Source: an uncultured virus (IMG/VR IMGVR_UViG_3300031890_000412) (lineage: Duplodnaviria; Heunggongvirae; Uroviricota; Caudoviricetes). From it: DNA of 64,000 nt. Position numbers and translations under genes: made by a program. The stretch spans positions 1-64,000 of IMG/VR virus record IMGVR_UViG_3300031890_000412, one strand, 5' to 3'. Positions 62,930 to 64,000 of this stretch are shown one piece after another (positions within the stretch are counted from its first letter, which is position 1; each line of letters begins with the position of its first letter). A model generated the notes under the pieces. The model saw only the letters and a list, made by a program, of their open reading frames with translations. It did not search any database and had not been told where the DNA came from.

Positions 62930-63412
62930 TCTCCTGGGTCTTAGGGCCTACTTCGGGCCTTGCCTCGGTGACCCCCCAGGCGACTGACCCCCATTTGCCA
63001 TCTCCGGTACTGTCACACCACCTCTGGCCCCCTGTCTTGGAGTGACAGAGAGCTGATACGCATTGACCTGAGGCTTGCTCTGCAGCTGCGAGCTTCGGGT
63101 ACCCGGCCCGGCCCGGGATTTCCTCGTAGGAGACTCAGTACCGGGAGCCGTGTCAGGTACTCCGGATACGGAACGGGAAGGGAGAGCGGGTTTTTCGGCG
63201 GGTCTCCCCGTAAGCGCCGGTAGGAGGGGCAGTGGCAGCTGCAACAATTACCATCCGGTAACCGGGAGCGCAACCCCGTCCAACATGTTGGGTGAACTGG
63301 TTGCACTACCCCCCAGATGTAGAGATACTCTCAGATACGCACAGAGATGCGTGGAGACAGTGGCAACTTCTCCGAAGGGCCCCGGCACATGGGAGCCGGG
63401 GCTCTTTTCTTT
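62930..63412 (+). ncRNA. Candidate structured non-coding RNA (or origin/control region)
   Basis: About 480 bp with no credible ORF, many inverted repeats, and a plus-strand terminator at its end. Confidence 0.35.
63377..63412 (+). terminator. Intrinsic terminator
   Basis: gggccccggc-N8-gccggggctc followed by ttttcttt. Confidence 0.75.
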
Positions 63413-63445
63413 CCACAAGTCGTCCAATTTTCCTACAATGAGCTG

Positions 63446-64000
63446 GTGACACACGCGACGGTTGAGTCGACCATCGAACTTTTGGCCAGCGACCCCGAGG
63501 TCGACCTGGACACCGTCGTGTTGGTCAGCGAGTCCACCGCCTACTCGGGCTGCCTGCGTTTCGAACCGTTCGACGGGGACCGGCAGGGCTTCTTCCAGCG
63601 CTACGGCTTGGAGGAGAACTGGATCAGCCGGTTCCTGGTGCTCAACGAGCACCACAACCTGCGCCATTTCATCCGCCAGCTGCTCGACGACAGCTGGCTG
63701 CTGGTGTATGACCCGTCGGCGGATCCGATCCTAGCCGACTTCGAGCGCTGGGCGGCGCCGCTGGACGTGCAGGGCTTCACCTGCCCGCACCACGGGCAGC
63801 TGCGGCCCTATCAGACCTTCGGGATTCAGCGGGCGCTGGAACGGAACGAGGCTCAGAAGGCCTCTGAGCGCCTCACGGTGCCCGGGTGGTGTGCCGGTGC
63901 CGGGAAGAGCCTGTTCGCCTGCGCAGGGGCTCAGGAGCTGGCCAACAGGGGCCTTGTGGACGTGGTGCTAGCTTTCACCCTGATGCGCCACAAAGACAAC
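63446..64000 (+). CDS. SF2 (SNF2/DEAD-like) helicase, N-terminal part, probably leaderless
   Basis: GTG 6 nt after TACAAT; open to the window end; LRPYQ (Q-motif) and GAGKS (Walker A). Absent from the ORF track. Confidence 0.75.
   Translation, partial: MTHATVESTIELLASDPEVDLDTVVLVSESTAYSGCLRFEPFDGDRQGFFQRYGLEENWISRFLVLNEHHNLRHFIRQLLDDSWLLVYDPSADPILADFERWAAPLDVQGFTCPHHGQLRPYQTFGIQRALERNEAQKASERLTVPGWCAGAGKSLFACAGAQELANRGLVDVVLAFTLMRHKDN

Noticed and set aside
63315..63360. AGAT repeats as replication iterons
   Set aside because: Only a 4-6 bp core with irregular spacing (8, 10, 12, 10); equally explained by small hairpins.
62327..63412. IscB/HEARO, tmRNA, tRNA or group I intron identity for the HNH-adjacent region
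   Set aside because: No RuvC/PLMP in the ORF, no T-arm/CCA end, and no interrupted host gene recognised. Kept only as an unclassified candidate RNA.

Overview
High-GC segment of a large actinobacteriophage genome, most likely infecting Mycobacterium. The DnaE/RecA/DnaB/DnaC/primase/DnaJ/RusA block resembles the big mycobacterial myoviruses such as cluster C; this is an inference, not a database result. Almost all genes are on the minus strand and tightly coupled (ATGA/GTGA/TGATG overlaps). Left to right: a large tail-fibre-like gene running off the left edge (missed by the ORF track), a glycosyltransferase, a Spo11/TopoVI-A-like TOPRIM protein, an HNH nuclease, a cassette of small secreted proteins with a divergent small HTH regulator, about 22 kb of small accessory ORFs including many paralog pairs, a GT2 + O-methyltransferase + papain-like protease block, a complete replication/recombination module (42-57 kb), a UvrD-like helicase, a second HNH nuclease, a roughly 500-bp structured non-coding region ending in a plus-strand terminator, and a divergent SF2 helicase running off the right edge. 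Most notable signals: (1) an 11-bp-phased TTAGAG direct-repeat promoter/operator motif at 7 or more intergenic sites, (2) a GACACAC motif at translation starts of both leadered and apparently leaderless genes, (3) both HNH genes apparently starting at near-cognate codons (CTG, ATT), (4) a candidate structured ncRNA beside one HNH, (5) two apparent pseudo-enzymes (aminotransferase lacking the PLP lysine, PyrE-like protein lacking the acidic PRPP pair). No tRNA, CRISPR array or integrase was seen. All calls are by eye, from motifs.
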